A stretch of 64,000 nucleotides of DNA from the human T2T-CHM13v2.0 reference genome, Homo sapiens: assembly GCF_009914755.1 (NCBI RefSeq), contig NC_060938.1. One strand, written 5' to 3'. A program made the position numbers and the translations under genes. A model generated the notes under the pieces. The model searched no databases and was not told where the DNA came from. It saw only the letters and a program-made list of their open reading frames with translations. This document shows positions 46,870 to 63,703 of this stretch, piece by piece; within the stretch, counting starts at the first letter, position 1, and the number at the start of each line of letters is the position of its first letter.

Positions 46870-47936
46870 CAAGGTCTCAAAAACAATGTTTATTTTAACA
46901 CATAAAATGTACCATCTAGCACCAATGCCTGTAAATACCAGAATTCCATCCGGTTACTACTCTTTGGAACAAGTATGATTAAAGTCCTTGACAGATTATT
47001 GTATATGAGCGAATGGCTTCATAACATAAAACAGAGAGACACAGAACAGAAATTCATTTGGTATATACATATAGAACTACATTTGTAGTTATTCAAAAAC
47101 CTTTCACTGCTTCATGTAAACAATACCAGTATTTTTAAGCCAGATTTTCCTGGAACATATACATAAAGTGCATGAGCCACGTAAGTGCATAAGCCTGAAA
47201 CTGGTCTTTCTATTCTCACTCCATGCTCAAATGAAAAATCTGTAAAGATATCTTTTGTTCCTCCAATCTTCTGATTTGTCTTCTTAGCAACTCATTACAG
47301 TACAATTTACTGATTAAATCACATAGACATGTATGGTGGAGGAAAAGAAAACTTTGGCCAATATAAGTATACAAGACAATATCTCAGTTCTTTTTAAAAT
47401 TAAAAGAACATTTCAGTATTAAAGATATTTTAAAAGAAATGAAGTGGAAAATACAAATGATAAATATTGTATAATTATGTACAAAATGAAAACCTTTTAA
47501 ACTCTGAAGACAAACTAAAATTTACTAGTTTGAATTTAAAACATTATTATATAATAGCAGATAGTTCTCTTCAGAAATTTATCTCTAGCTTCCTGTAAAA
47601 GGTCCAGTCAAATCATGTTGGCTGTTTTTGGCAGATTTCAGCCTCGCCTCAATACCAATTTTTATTTGAATAACTGATTCCCAACATTTAAGAAGAACTT
47701 GATGCTGAACTAAGTAACCTAAGCTGGATTCAGGGCCATTGGCAGGCAGGCAGGCAAGCAGGAATTTTTCGTATTGCAGACAGCCCCTGGTGGTCATCAT
47801 CTATACATCGGATCTCTAAGGACGTGCCGGAAAAAAAAATCTGTGAACACAATCTTCCCATGCTGTATTCACATGCTCTATTCACATCTTTAGTTTACCC
47901 AGGTTGTTAGAGCCTTGGGTAAGATGATTAAAGGCT
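46870..47936 (-). other. VCPKMT: VCPKMT 3'UTR
   Basis: AT-rich sequence after the stop, ending shortly after AATAAA (+ strand tttatt 46889-46894). End approximate. Confidence 0.7.
46889..46894 (-). terminator. VCPKMT: VCPKMT polyadenylation signal
   Basis: AATAAA on the minus strand followed by U/GU-containing downstream sequence. Confidence 0.65.
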
Positions 47937-47951
47937 TCACGATGGAAATTT
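47937..47951 (-). CDS. VCPKMT: VCPKMT exon 6 coding part (KFPS*)
   Basis: Polypyrimidine tract plus AG at 47953-47952, then AAA TTT CCA TCG TGA. The six exons sum to 690 nt = 229 aa + stop. Confidence 0.9.
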   Translation of the reverse strand, partial: KFPS

Positions 47952-48119
47952 CTATAACAAAAAAAAAGGAAACTTAAAAGATTGATTTACCACAAACTAT
48001 TTACTGGGTATTTAATAATGCCTAATATGCCTCATAATGCCTAGTATGCCTAGTATAACAGTGGCTACATGCAATTCAAGTGAACAACCATGCATGTTTA
48101 TAGATGGTTCTTTGCTGAC

Positions 48120-49402
48120 ACCTAACAAGCAACTGAAGAAAGAACAGATGCATTGGACATTATCAAAATTAAAATATATGTGCTTCAAAAGACACAACAT
48201 AGGCCGGGTGTGGTGGCTCACACCTGTAATCCCAGCACTTTGGGAGGCTGAGGTGGCAGAGCACTTGAGGCCAGGAGTTCGACACAAGCCTGGCCAACCT
48301 AGTGAAACCCAATCTCTACTAAAAATACAAAAAAATTAGCTGGGCGTCGTGGCACATGCCTTTAGTCCTAGCTACTTGGGAGGCTCACACAGGAGAATCA
48401 CTTGAACCTGGGAGGCAGAGGTTGCACTGAGCCAAGATCATGCCACTGCACTCCAGACTGGGTGACAGTGCGAGACTCTGTCTCAAAAGAAAAATAAGAA
48501 AATAATAAATTAAGAAAATACAAGACACACTATTGAGAAAATGAAAAGACAACCCACAGAATGGGAGAAAATATTCACAAATAATGCATCTGTAAGCGTT
48601 TAGTATTCAGAATGTATAAGGAACTCTCACAACTCAAAGTAAAAAGACAAATAAGTCAATCTGAAAATGGGCCAAGCATTTCTTCTAAATACAGAAAAGA
48701 TACCCAACATCATTAGTCATTAGAGAAATGAAAACCACAGTTTAGAGACTATCTCACACCCAGTGAGATGGGTATAATTAACAAATGTTGGTAAAAATGT
48801 GGAGAAAACTGGAACCCTTATACACTGCTGGTGAGAACGTATAATGGTATGGTAGATTAGGAACACAGTTTGGCAAGTCTTCAAAAAGTTAAACAGAGTT
48901 CCCATATAACCTTGCAGTTCTCCTCTAGGTATATACTCAAGAGGTCTGAAAACATGTTCACACAAAAATTTGTAGATGAACGTCCATAGCAGCATTATTC
49001 ATCTCATCAATGGATGGATAAGGTGTGGTACAGCCACATAAAGGAATATTATTCAGCCACAAAAAGGAGTTAAGTGCTAATGTGTGCTACAATGTAGATA
49101 AGGCTCGAGAATACTGTGCTGAGTGAAAGAAGACAGGCACAAGAGGCCACACAGTATGTGACTTGTTACATATGACATGTGCAGAATAGGCAAATCCATA
49201 GAGATTAGTGGCTGCCAGCAGCTGGGGACGGGGGTAACAGGGAGTGACTGCTAATGGGTAAGAGGCTTCTCTGGGGGGTGAAATCATTAAAAATTAGAAA
49301 GTGGTAATTTACACAACTATGTGAATATACTAAAAACCACCAAATTGTACACCTTAAAAGCGTGAATTTTATGGTATGTGAGTTACATCAACTAAAAAAT
49401 AA
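48120..49402 (+). mobile_element. L1MB-like 3' end interrupted by an Alu (48202-48520)
   Basis: aaaagacaacccacagaatgggagaaaatatt..gtgaatatactaaaaaccac..gtgaattttatggtatgtga. Confidence 0.8.
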
Positions 49403-50765
49403 GAGTTTTTTTTTTTTGGCCGAAAAAAAAGAAAAGCCTCTATATTTAGGAAACACAAAATCTTTCTGCCTCCAAAAAATTCTACTTTTAAAACTGCACA
49501 ACAGCTTCAGTTAACACTAGATCCCTTAAAGCACAAAACAGTTTTTTTTGTATCTGTGGCACCATGCCACATAAATGTTAATCTGAATAATCCCGCTGCT
49601 GCCTTTTTACTTAGATTTAGTCCTAACACCTACTTCTGTTCCCTAAGTTTTATTTGCTTTTGACTAGAATTCATATAATCAGAAAACTTTACCACAAACA
49701 TAATCAAAGCAAAGATGATAGAAAAAGTGTGGGCTTATTGAATCTAGCATCCTTAATTCATAAAACTAATCATCTCCCTGCCTTACACTAGTCACATATA
49801 CCAAAGGTGCTGGAAATACAAAAATAGATGAAAGGCCAGGCGCAGCAGCTCACACCTGTAATCCCAACAATTTGGGAGGCCGAGGTGGGCAGGTCACTGG
49901 AGTCCAGGAGTGCAAAATCAGCCTGGACAACATGGCAAAACCCTGTCTCAACAACAACAAAAAAAATACAAAAATTAGCTGGGCATGGTGGTGCATGCCT
50001 ATGGTCCCAGGTACTCAGGAGGCTGAGGTGGGAGGATCACTTCTTGAGCCTGCAAGGCAGAGGCTGCAGCAAGCCGAGATTGCACCACTGTACTCCAGCC
50101 TGGATGACAGAGTGAGACCCTATTTCAAAAAATAAAAAGGATGAAGTACAATTCTTCCCTCTTTCTACAGGCTCAAACCCTAGGTGTCACTGAGGCAACC
50201 TGCATAAAATGTGATTGTTATACAAGGTAAAACATGCACCAAGAAGCGGGAAAATACATAAATTCTACTTAATTGAGTGCATTTATCTTTTATGGACTCA
50301 TCTGCCTTGTTGTATTTCATTTCCTGTAAACAATTTTTAATAAGGAAAAGTTCACAAAGGTAAGAGCAGGCATTTTAAAATCTCACAGAGATAAAAGAAA
50401 CTTATAAATAGCTAATAACTTGTCTGAGGTAATACCCAATTATAGAGCTATACAATTTACGCCTATGGAGAAGCTGGAAAAGGCCTTTAAAAGCGAAGCC
50501 TGGCCAGGTATGGTGGCTGATGCCTGTAATCTCAGAACTTTGGGAGGCCGAAGTGGGCGGATCACTTGAGCCCAGGAGTTCGACACCAGTCTAGGCAACA
50601 CGGTGAAACGTGTCTCTACTTAAAAAATACGAAAAAAAAAAAAAAAAAAAAAAAAGCCTGGCTTTAGAGCAAAAACCCAAGGCAAGATAGATTAAATTAT
50701 CTTGACACTGAAGTTACTGCCTGAGTCCAGTGAATCATTAGAGCTGTTTCTCCACATCAAAATCA

Positions 50766-50954
<189 letters not shown>

Positions 50955-52477
50955 CTATAAATTTAAAAGAGACATACTTCAAATTCAATAATATGAACTG
51001 ACCTGTGGGTGACAGAAGTCAGAATGCTGGTTACTTTTTTTTTGAGAGTCTCACTCTGTCACCCAGGCTGGAGTGCAGTGGTGCGATCTTGGCTCACTGC
51101 AACCTCCACCTCCCTGGGTTCAAGTGATTCTCCTGCCTCAGCCTCCTGAGTAGCTGGGATTACAGGCCAACGACACCACACCCAGCTAATTTTTGTATTT
51201 TTAGTAAAGAAAGGGTTTCACCATGTTGACCAGGCTGGTCTCGAACTCCTGACCTCATGATCTGCCCATCTCGGCCTCCCAAAGTGCTGGGATTACAGGC
51301 GTGAGCCACCGCGCCTGGTCAGTGGTTACCTTTTGAGTATTGCCTGGGAAAGGGCAGTGTGCAAACCTTCCAAGATCCTGAAAATGTCCTCTATCTTTAT
51401 GTTGGTAAGTAGTTACTTGGGTGTATACATATGAAAAATTAAGCTCAGCACTTGACTGATACATATGCATTTTACATATGCTTTACCCCAATAAAAGCTG
51501 TTTAACAGTACGAAATTTTCATTATGCATCATTTCAAAAGTTCATGAACATTTTTCATATTCAAGAAAAACATGAAAATAAACAAACATTTTAGTATTTG
51601 TTACCTGAGGCAGTCATATACCTGCTTTCTCATTAAACCAAAGTAGTCCTTTCAGCAGACAAAACTGCAGGCCTATATAGATGTACCCTCAAAAGGAGTC
51701 ACTCACAATGTGATAGATTTGTGCCCATAAAAGGGTTTGGGTGATCACTAGGGGAAGAAGAGTGACAGATACATAAAACCCTATATACTATATTTGCAAC
51801 TTCCTGTAAGTCTTTTCTAACTATTTCAGACAAAAAGTTTAAAAAAAAAAAAAAAGACCCTAAAAATAGACAGGTATCTAGGTTGGAGGTTTCATAAATA
51901 TGTAGAGAAAAACACAGAAGTAAAAACTTATCACTTGGCAACATGGGAAAACCCCATCTCTACAAAAAAATACAAAAAGTTAGCCGGGTGTGGTGGTACA
52001 TGCCTATAGTCCCACTTACTTGGGGGCGGGGGGGGGGGGGGGGGGGGTGGCACTGAGGCAGGAGGATCACTTGAGCCCAGGAGGTTGAGGATGCAGTGAG
52101 CCCTGACTGTGCCACTGCACTCCGGCATGGGCTACAGGGTGAAACCCTGTCTCAAAACAAAAACAAAAACAAAAACAACTTATCACCTGCACATTTCTAT
52201 CACGTATTCTCCAAAGGTAATACATACATCATTGAGATGTTCCCCAAAGGCAGCATCATGTTTAATAAACACTGAAAACTGTTCTTAAAAAGGAGTGGCA
52301 CCCGTATTAACATTCTTCTGTAGCCATAGATCAACTAATTAGAAATGAAATAAAGTATCAGAAAAGATGAAAAAGGGGAGCTTCGTAGAATCATGGGCTG
52401 TGAAGATCCTTTCCTCAGCTTCACACAAACAGCATGTTTTCCCCACCCAAAATTACCATAATATACTTGAAGAGTCA

Positions 52478-52654
<177 letters not shown>

Positions 52655-53365
52655 CTATTTAAAAAAGAATATATTTTTTGTTTTTGATTTAAAAATTTTT
52701 CTACTCTAAAAGTAGGTTGAGGAGGTACAGGGGTATTTATAGCTCCCCTACAATTTATCCATCTTTGAATCAATCCAACAAAGCACATGTAATTAAAGCT
52801 CTAGGCTAGGTGCAGTGGCTCACACCTGTAATATCAACACTTTGGAAGGCAGAGGTGGAAAGATCGCTTGAAAGCAGGAGTTGAAGACCAGCCTGGAGAA
52901 TACAGCGAGAGACAAACCACCCCCCGCAACACCTTACAAAAAATTTAAAAATTAGCCAGCATGCTGGTGCACACCTATAGTCCCAGCTATTGAGGAGGCT
53001 GAATGGGAGGATTACTTGAGCCTCAGGAGCTCGAGGTTACAGTGAGCTATGATCACTCCACTGCACTACAACATGTGTGACAGAGCAAGACCCCTATCTT
53101 AAAACAAAAACAAACAAACAAAAACCCCTCTGTAACTAATGATTGGGTAAGCTCCTGTTAACTAAACCATGTACTGATTTTGGTTTCCAGAAAAAGGATT
53201 CAGATGACTGCATTTTGGAGTTCTCATGGGAAACAAATGGAATCAACTTTACTCTTAAAAGTTTAATTTTATTTAATCTAATTTGGGATTTAAATAATCA
53301 ACGATTTCCCTACAAAAGTTAAATCTGACCCTAACTTGGTTCAATGCTAATTATTTTTAAAATAA

Positions 53366-53569
<204 letters not shown>

Positions 53570-54065
53570 TAGTAGAGACAGGGTTTTGCCATGTAGGTCA
53601 GGCTGGTCTCGAACTCCCGACCTCAGGTGAGCCACCTGTCTTGACCTCCCAAGTGTTGGGATTACAGGCGTGAGCCACCGCGCCCGGCCCAAACTGGTAT
53701 TTAAAGAAAAGAACAATGAATTATTTATAACTTAATTCTCAATGTCATGGTTAACATGTTCCGTGGGAACAACCAAGGGAAAAAGAGAGGATTTTGGCTT
53801 TTCATAACATCCAATTGGCAAAATCCTTTAAAATTTTTACAAAAGCCTCTAGTAAAATGCATATAACACTTTTCTCAACATGCTTCACCAGGTCGGTATG
53901 ATAATGATGAGCGTATATACATATGGTCCCTGGTGACTTTTATCTTCTCTTTACTGCATCAACTATAAGGCAAATCCCGGATTCAAAGATGTTAAAATGT
54001 GAAGAAACGTGTGCTTTAGAATTCATGGAATAAGGTTCATCTTCTAAGTGAAGAGACTTCGCTCA

Positions 54066-54173
<108 letters not shown>

Positions 54174-54282
54174 TCAATTGTTTTAATAATTCAAAATACT
54201 CTTGTTTTATAAAGAACCGGAAAGTCCCCTTCCATCCTTTTAATGAAACGCAATTCAAAACAAACTACAAATCAATATCTTA

Positions 54283-55030
<748 letters not shown>

Positions 55031-55287
55031 ATCACTTTCCCAGACAAAACTATTATAATCTGCTCTTTAAAAAACAAAGCCAACCTCAGAGTTTACCAAG
55101 TTGGACACTTGATTTACATAGTAGTTACAAGGCTTAAATGCAATCAGCTTCCAAGATCCTACCAAAGATGGCTATAATCTTACAATCTTCCTTTTCAAGT
55201 TCCTAGTATGCTCCTAGTTTTTTGTATGAATTCATAAAAGTGGTTGCTAGAAGCCTGCAGCTCACATTTAACAGTGAAGAAAAAATT

Positions 55288-55307
55288 GTGTGTGTGTGTG
55301 TGTGTGT
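55288..55307. repeat. (TG)n microsatellite between the SOS2 polyA site and the VCPKMT promoter
   Basis: About 10 TG units. Confidence 0.9.
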
Positions 55308-55392
55308 CTATAGGACTCAACAATCTCCCCCTTTGTTCCTTATAATGAAAACACATATTTTAAAAGTCTTTTAAAAATTAAGACTGGGGTGA

Positions 55393-55398
55393 TTTATT
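55393..55398 (-). terminator. SOS2: SOS2 polyadenylation signal
   Basis: AATAAA on the minus strand with a U-rich downstream region. Confidence 0.7.
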
Positions 55399-56275
55399 AA
55401 TCTTGTTAAGAACTCTGATACAAAGCACAGTAAAAGGCCACAAACCAGTAAATAAACAACGTGGCTTTTGGCTACTTTACAACTGCTGCTACAGCACTAT
55501 CAGCAAAACACTCTATCACTTTGAACGAAGGCATCCAAATGGCAAATAAAAGCTTTACTCACTTATCTGATTAAAATGTTTAATAAAGCTTTAAGTATTT
55601 GCTGGTTTAAATATTACCAATCTAAAAAATATATTTAAAAAAAATTTCAGTTAACACGAGATTTATAGAGAAAGTTACTAGGTCTTGAAGGCAAGGCAGT
55701 TGGTTCCTATGCCATAGAATTTTTTTTGAATTTATGAATTAGTAAAGTAGCAGATTGTATTATAGGCCTCAAGTCACTTAAATTTATATAGGTTATTAGC
55801 AGTATCTTTAAATATACAATATAAACAAAACTGTACATACATGGCATATTAACTGTTTTCCATAACAATAGGCAATTCATTAGCTAAAGACGTCATAGTC
55901 TGCAAAAACAAAAGGCACATCTGAATGAGATACATGCCCTTTTTCCCTCCATCATTGGGTTATGTAGTCTTTGTTTACATTTTGACAAAATAATAAACAC
56001 TTACAGTGCCATTCTATTATTTTCATCCTACTTTTCATTTTTGTCTTCAGCAGCAAATACCGGCATTTAAGACATGGCATTAAAGAGTTTAAGAACAGTT
56101 GGTGTTATTCACAATTCTCCTAGATGTAAAAACTAGAAGTAAAAACTAGAAGATGGTCAAAGAGGTTTAAAAATCAGTAACACCATATACCCCTCCCATA
56201 TTTGTGTAAATTCACTGCCTTAAAAAGGCATCTATTACTCAAATTTGAAAAATTTCACAAAAGCACTATCCCTTT

Positions 56276-56349
56276 TCAGTGCAATCATGTCACTTTAAAC
56301 CATATTTTTGCAGAGTTTACAGTGCAAATATAAATTCTTTATACTGGCC
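56276..56349 (-). promoter_or_regulatory. Clustered miRNA seed matches in the SOS2 3'UTR (miR-148/152 and miR-130/301 twice; miR-193)
   Basis: Minus strand reads TTGCACTGA (56284-56276), TTGCACTG (56327-56320) and GGCCAGTA (56349-56342). Seed matches only. Confidence 0.5.
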
Positions 56350-56582
56350 TTTTGGCAGCACTGAGGATCCAAGACAAGGCAATGCTACTGATCACCTGAG
56401 GATAATGGTGAAGGACTTTTGTATTTTTATTTTTCCAATTCTTAAAAGCTTATTTGATCAGTAGCATTTTTGTAAGAGCATTATTTGTAAAAAGTACTAA
56501 AATACTATGTCTTTTTTTGAATAAATTAAAAAAAAAACTTTACAAATACCATTCCAGTGTCAATGACTACATATGGCTAAGG

Positions 56583-57110
<528 letters not shown>

Positions 57111-57484
57111 TTAAATTATACCTCTATTCTGAAAAATTAAAAAAAAAAATTTTTAAGTCTGAAAAATTCTTACTTGTCAAGTTAAATTCAGAGGCTCAAA
57201 ATAAACTAATCTGGGTTAATTATCAGATTATGAGTACTCCTAGATTAATTCAGGGCTGGGTTTAATATTTTTATATATGAGATGTTTTAATTTAAGTCTT
57301 AGGTCCTAACTCTTTATCTTGCTTTGTGTATACATTTCAGAAATTTATGTATTTTAATTATAATAGTAGGTAAGTGACAATAATTTATTGCTTTATAGAC
57401 ATGAAAGGACATGATGTCTAGAGGACTTTAATGTCTAGCTTCTGCTTACTGGGCATCTACTGCTACTTTCTCCAGTGAGGCTTA

Positions 57485-57680
57485 GAGCAGTAGATCTCAA
57501 AGTGTGATCCAGAGACCAACAACATCAGCATCAGTAGGGAACTTGTTAGAAAAGCAAATTCTTGGGCCCCATCCTAGACTACTGAATCAGAAACTCTGGA
57601 GGTGTGGCTCCACAGTCTGATTTTACCAAGCCTTTCAGGTAATTCTGATGCACCCTTAAAATTTTGAGAAGCATTAGTTG
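57485..57680. mobile_element. MER5A
   Basis: tctcaaagtgtg..acttgttagaaaagcaaattcttgggcccc..actgaatcagaaactctgg. Confidence 0.8.
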
Positions 57681-57758
57681 AAAGTTTGAAGAATACTTGG
57701 AATACTACTGAAGTTTTTTTCCACCTGTACCAGAAAGAAAATGTACTTCCAGCCTCTT

Positions 57759-59277
<1,519 letters not shown>

Positions 59278-59659
59278 GAGACCGTATATTTTTGAAGCAG
59301 CTATGATTGGGCACATCACCACACAGGTAATAAAACCCTCCATATAGGAACCCATAAGGTAGTGTTATATCACATAACTCTTTGTCTTTGCAAGTCTCTC
59401 ACTGATAATGTACACGTTATATAACTACATTAAAGGAAATTTACAAAATGATAAATGACAGGAAAATACCCCTAAACAGATCAACCAGACATATAATAAT
59501 TACTATCTTCATTTTAATTTTTTCTATAGTTCAACTTCCCATTTGATCTCTCTATATTCACACAGTTGTTACAAAGGCAGCAACTATGTCTTATTTGTCA
59601 TTATACTGAGATTGGGAACACAGGCGCTAACTGGGAAAGAAGTTGATAAGTTTAACTTT

Positions 59660-60075
59660 AAACACTCTAACTGAACTGCTTATGAGACATCCAAGTAGAT
59701 ATGTCAAACTAATTATTCTATGTCAAAAATTGCTATCCCGATCATGTGGCTCTGCAGTTACTTCCTGGGGGGGGGGGAGTCCTGTTGACTCAGGGGGAAA
59801 TAGCTGATACAAAAGGTACGCCTATGAGGTTGGCAGATGGTGTGGGGAGGTTAGGCAGAGGATGTTCCTAAACACTCTGAACTGAACTGCTTATGAGACA
59901 TCCAAGTAGATATGTCAAACTAATTATTCTATGTCAAAAATTGCTATCTCAGTCATGTGGCTCTGCAGTTACTTCTGCGGGGGTGTCCTGTTGGCTCAGG
60001 GGGAAATAGCTGATACAAAAGGTATGCCTATGAGGTTGGCAGATGGTGTGGGGAGGTTAGGCAGAGGATGTTCCT
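59660..60075. repeat. Two-copy tandem duplication (210 + 206 bp)
   Basis: aaacactct..gatgttcct occurs at 59660-59869 and again at 59870-60075. Confidence 0.95.
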
Positions 60076-61119
60076 CAGACCTGCCAGCATTGTTTGTCCC
60101 GTCTTTGGGAGAACTCCTTTCGGTGGTGGTAAATCTGTCCCATTTGGTTTAGTTGGCCAATCCTGCCCAGGACACCCCAATTCAAGGCAAGGAATAGGCA
60201 TGGGACTCACTTTCTTAACATGATCAGATTTTTATCTACCTCTCTTTCATGCAAGTAGCCATTTTTTTAGGGAAAGTGAACCTGACCCCTTAGCTCCAGG
60301 GATGGGGCCTAATTGGTATAAATCAATCAGAGTAATCCCATTCCTTTAGCCAGAGTGATGAGTTTAACTGTAGGCATGTAACCTAATTCAGACCAGTGAA
60401 ATTTAAAAGGAGATATTCTGGGGGCTAATGGAAAGGAAGTTCCTTGCTCTTTTTTGGAAACGCATTCTGTCATACTGTCTTGTCTGTACTTCTCTCTATA
60501 TATAATTTGACTGAACAAAGAAGCACACAACCTTTACTGCTCTTGCCAGTTATGATTTTGAGGGAAAACAGCTTTAAATCAAGCTGATAATCTGGACAAA
60601 ACAATGAAGAGTGAAAAAGAACCCTGGGCTTTTTTTTTTTTTTTTTTTTTTTGAGACGGTGTCTCGCTCTGTCGCCCAGGCTGGAGTCCAGGAACCCTGG
60701 TCTTTAATTACATCATCGAGTCACTGAATCAACCAGTCTTAAAGCAGCCTTCCTCTAGGCTTCCAAGTATGTCTGAGTGTTTTCTTATTGATTAAGCCAG
60801 TCTTAGGTGGTAACAGACACGCACACTCATGGAAGCAGATGATATGTGAATGATGGGAAAGCTATGAGAGCTCTGAACCTGGGTCTGACTCTACAGTCAC
60901 CACTTAACCAGTATATTTCTCCACGGTAGGCAATCAATAACCCTTGCTGAAGTCTGAATGCAATTTAATTGTCTATCAAGAGCATTTCCCTACAAGACTA
61001 CAGTCTTTATGAACTTTTTTAGTGCCTGCATTTATTCCAAACTGGTGAATATAGCAGAATTTACTAAACAATTTCTGTAATGTTAGTTAGCTATCTAAGT
61101 TACTTCTAATTTTCTGCCA

Positions 61120-62560
61120 TTCATTCATTCATTCAACAGTTATTGGGCACCTGCTAATACTGTCAGGCACTGTCTGAAGCACTAGCAATATAACCGTGAA
61201 CAAAACTCAAAAATTCACGTCCTTATGGAACTTATAATCTAGGTTAGGGAAAGATAAGTAAAAGTATGATGCCTATAAATTATGACAAGAAATATTTGGT
61301 TGGAAAGGGGTATAGAAAGAGGTGGGAGGGGAGCAACATAAATAGGGTGATTAGGGAAGGCTTCACTAAGGTAACAGCCTGAAGGAGGTAAGGGAGCAAG
61401 CTGTGAGGCTAAATGGCTGAAAAGTATTATAAACAGCAGGAATGGCAAGAGCAAAGCACTGATGCAATAATGTGTCTATTATGTTGAGGCAGACTGAGTG
61501 AAGGGGGAGAATAAGTGATGAGGTCTGACAGATCAAACAAGCCCAAACTGTGTAGGGCCTGTGCGTTCTTTAAAGGAACCGGCTTTCACTGTGAGTGAGA
61601 TGGAAAGCCACCAGAGGGCTTTTTTTTTTTTTTTTTTTGAGATGGAGTTTCACTCTTGTCGCCCAGGCTGGAGAGCAGTGGTGTGATCTCAGCTCACTGC
61701 AACCTCCGCCTCCCGGATTCAAGCAATTCTCCTGCTTCAGCCTCCTGAGTATGCTGGGATTACAGGTGCCTGCAACCAGGCCCAGCTAATTTTTGTATTT
61801 TTAGTAGAGACGGGGTTTCACCATGTTGGCCAGGCTGGTCTCCAACTCCTGACCTCAGGTGATCCGCCTGCCTTGGCCTCCCAAAGTGCTGGGATTACAG
61901 GGGTGAGCCACCGTACCCGGCCCACCAGAGGGCTTTAAGCACAAGTAAAACAAGGTCTAACTCAGATTCTAAAAGGATCATTCTGGCTGCTCTACTAAAA
62001 ACATACTGAAGTGGAGAAGATAAGAAGTCAGGATGCTTACTGTAATAAACAAGGTAAAAGTTATGGTGGCTTGGACCAGGGTGGCAGCAGTGGAGATGGC
62101 AAAAAATTGTTAGATTCTGGATATATTTTGAGAGTAGTCAAGATTTGTTGATAGGTCACATTTGGCGTGTGAGAAAGGGAGAGAAGTAAAAGATACTTCT
62201 ATTACACTATTTTTAGCCTAAGTAACTGGATGCTTGTAATTAGAATGGAGATGAGGAGGCAGTGAGAGGAACAACTTTGGAGGGGATAATAAGAAGCTCA
62301 GTTTCAGACAGGTAAGGTTTGAGATTCCTATTAGATATCCAACTGGAGATGTTAAATGGGTAATTAAATATATGAGTCTAGAAGTCAGAAGAGAGGTTCT
62401 GGCTAGATATAAACTTGGGAATTATCATCATGTAAACGATACAAGACTGAACAACCAAGTGAGTGAGAAGAGGTCCAGAAACTGAGTCCTAAGGCCTTCC
62501 AATGTCAATAGTTTGGGAAGGTGAGGAGGAACCAGCAAGAGAGACCAAGCAGTGACAAGT
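61120..62560 (-). mobile_element. L2 element interrupted by AluS (61620-61921, minus)
   Basis: cattcattcattcaac end and L2 body motifs. Alu TSD ccaccagagggcttt. Confidence 0.8.
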
Positions 62561-63244
62561 GAAGTGGAAGAAAAGACGAGACAGTAGGATGAATCTTCAT
62601 GCATGTAACTTTTTCCAAACATTTATTGGGTATTTTGTATAAATAAAAGGCAGAGGCGTTGTCTTTCTTGTTTGCCACTGAATCTCTTGTGCTTAGCAGG
62701 GTAACTGGTACAAACTAAGTATTCAATTATCTACTGAATCAGTAACATCAAAGGGTGTGAACATTTTTATGGTTTGATATGTTGTATTCAGATTCCAAAA
62801 GGGTTATACTAATATACCAATTTACATGGGGATAAGTAATGTGCCTTTTACCATAGGCTTGCTCGTACTAAAACAAAAAAAAATACATTAATTCAAAAGA
62901 CTAAAATGGCAACTCACTATTGTGTAAAATTCCTCAGATTTCTAATGATGCTGAACTATCTATAATTATCTATGTTTCTTTACAAGGTATACTTCCTTTG
63001 ATGTGAAGTACCCATGTTCATTGTGAATGGAGTCTTGCCGTTTTTCTCATTTCATCTGAGTACTTTTCATACTTGCTATGAATATTTTATTTTCTTTGGG
63101 GATTTATTTTAGAATATTCAGAATTTAATGCAGTTATTCTCAATTTTCTATTAAATTTCAAAATGTAAAATTTTCTTATATGGAAAATGTATTTTACTAC
63201 CATTCAAAATAATGTCTAGAATTCCTACTTCTACGATGGCACAG

Positions 63245-63703
63245 TGTTATGGGTTGAATTGTGTTCCCCCAAAGATATGATGAAGTCCCATAACCTAGTA
63301 CCTATAATTGTGACCTTATTTGGAATATAGTCTTTGCAGATGTAATGAAGTTAGGATGAGGTCATTAAAATGGATCCAAATCCAATATGACATGACCAGT
63401 GTCTTTATAAGAAGAGGAGAAGAAATAAAGAAACATACCGCGAGAAGACAGCCATATGACAATGGAGGCAAAGACTGAAGTGAGGCATCTACAAATCAGG
63501 AGATGCCAAGGATTGCCAGCAAATGCCAGAAGGTAGAAGAAGCAAGGAAGGATTCTCTTCTCCAAGTTTCAGAGTAAACATGGCCCTGCCAACATCTTGA
63601 TTTTGGATTTCTGGCCTTCAGAACTGTGGGACAATACATTTTTGCTCTTTTAAGCTACTCAGTTTGTGGTGCTTTGTTATGGCAGTACTAAGAAACTAAT
63701 AGT
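63245..63703 (+). mobile_element. MLT1C LTR
   Basis: tgttatgggttgaattgtgt..gaccttatttgga..cagaactgtgggacaatacat..aaactaata. Confidence 0.85.

Larger units (their letters stand above)
55370..56582 (-). other. SOS2: SOS2 3'UTR
   Basis: AU-rich sequence from the stop to AATAAA (+ tttatt 55393-55398). End approximate. Confidence 0.8.
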
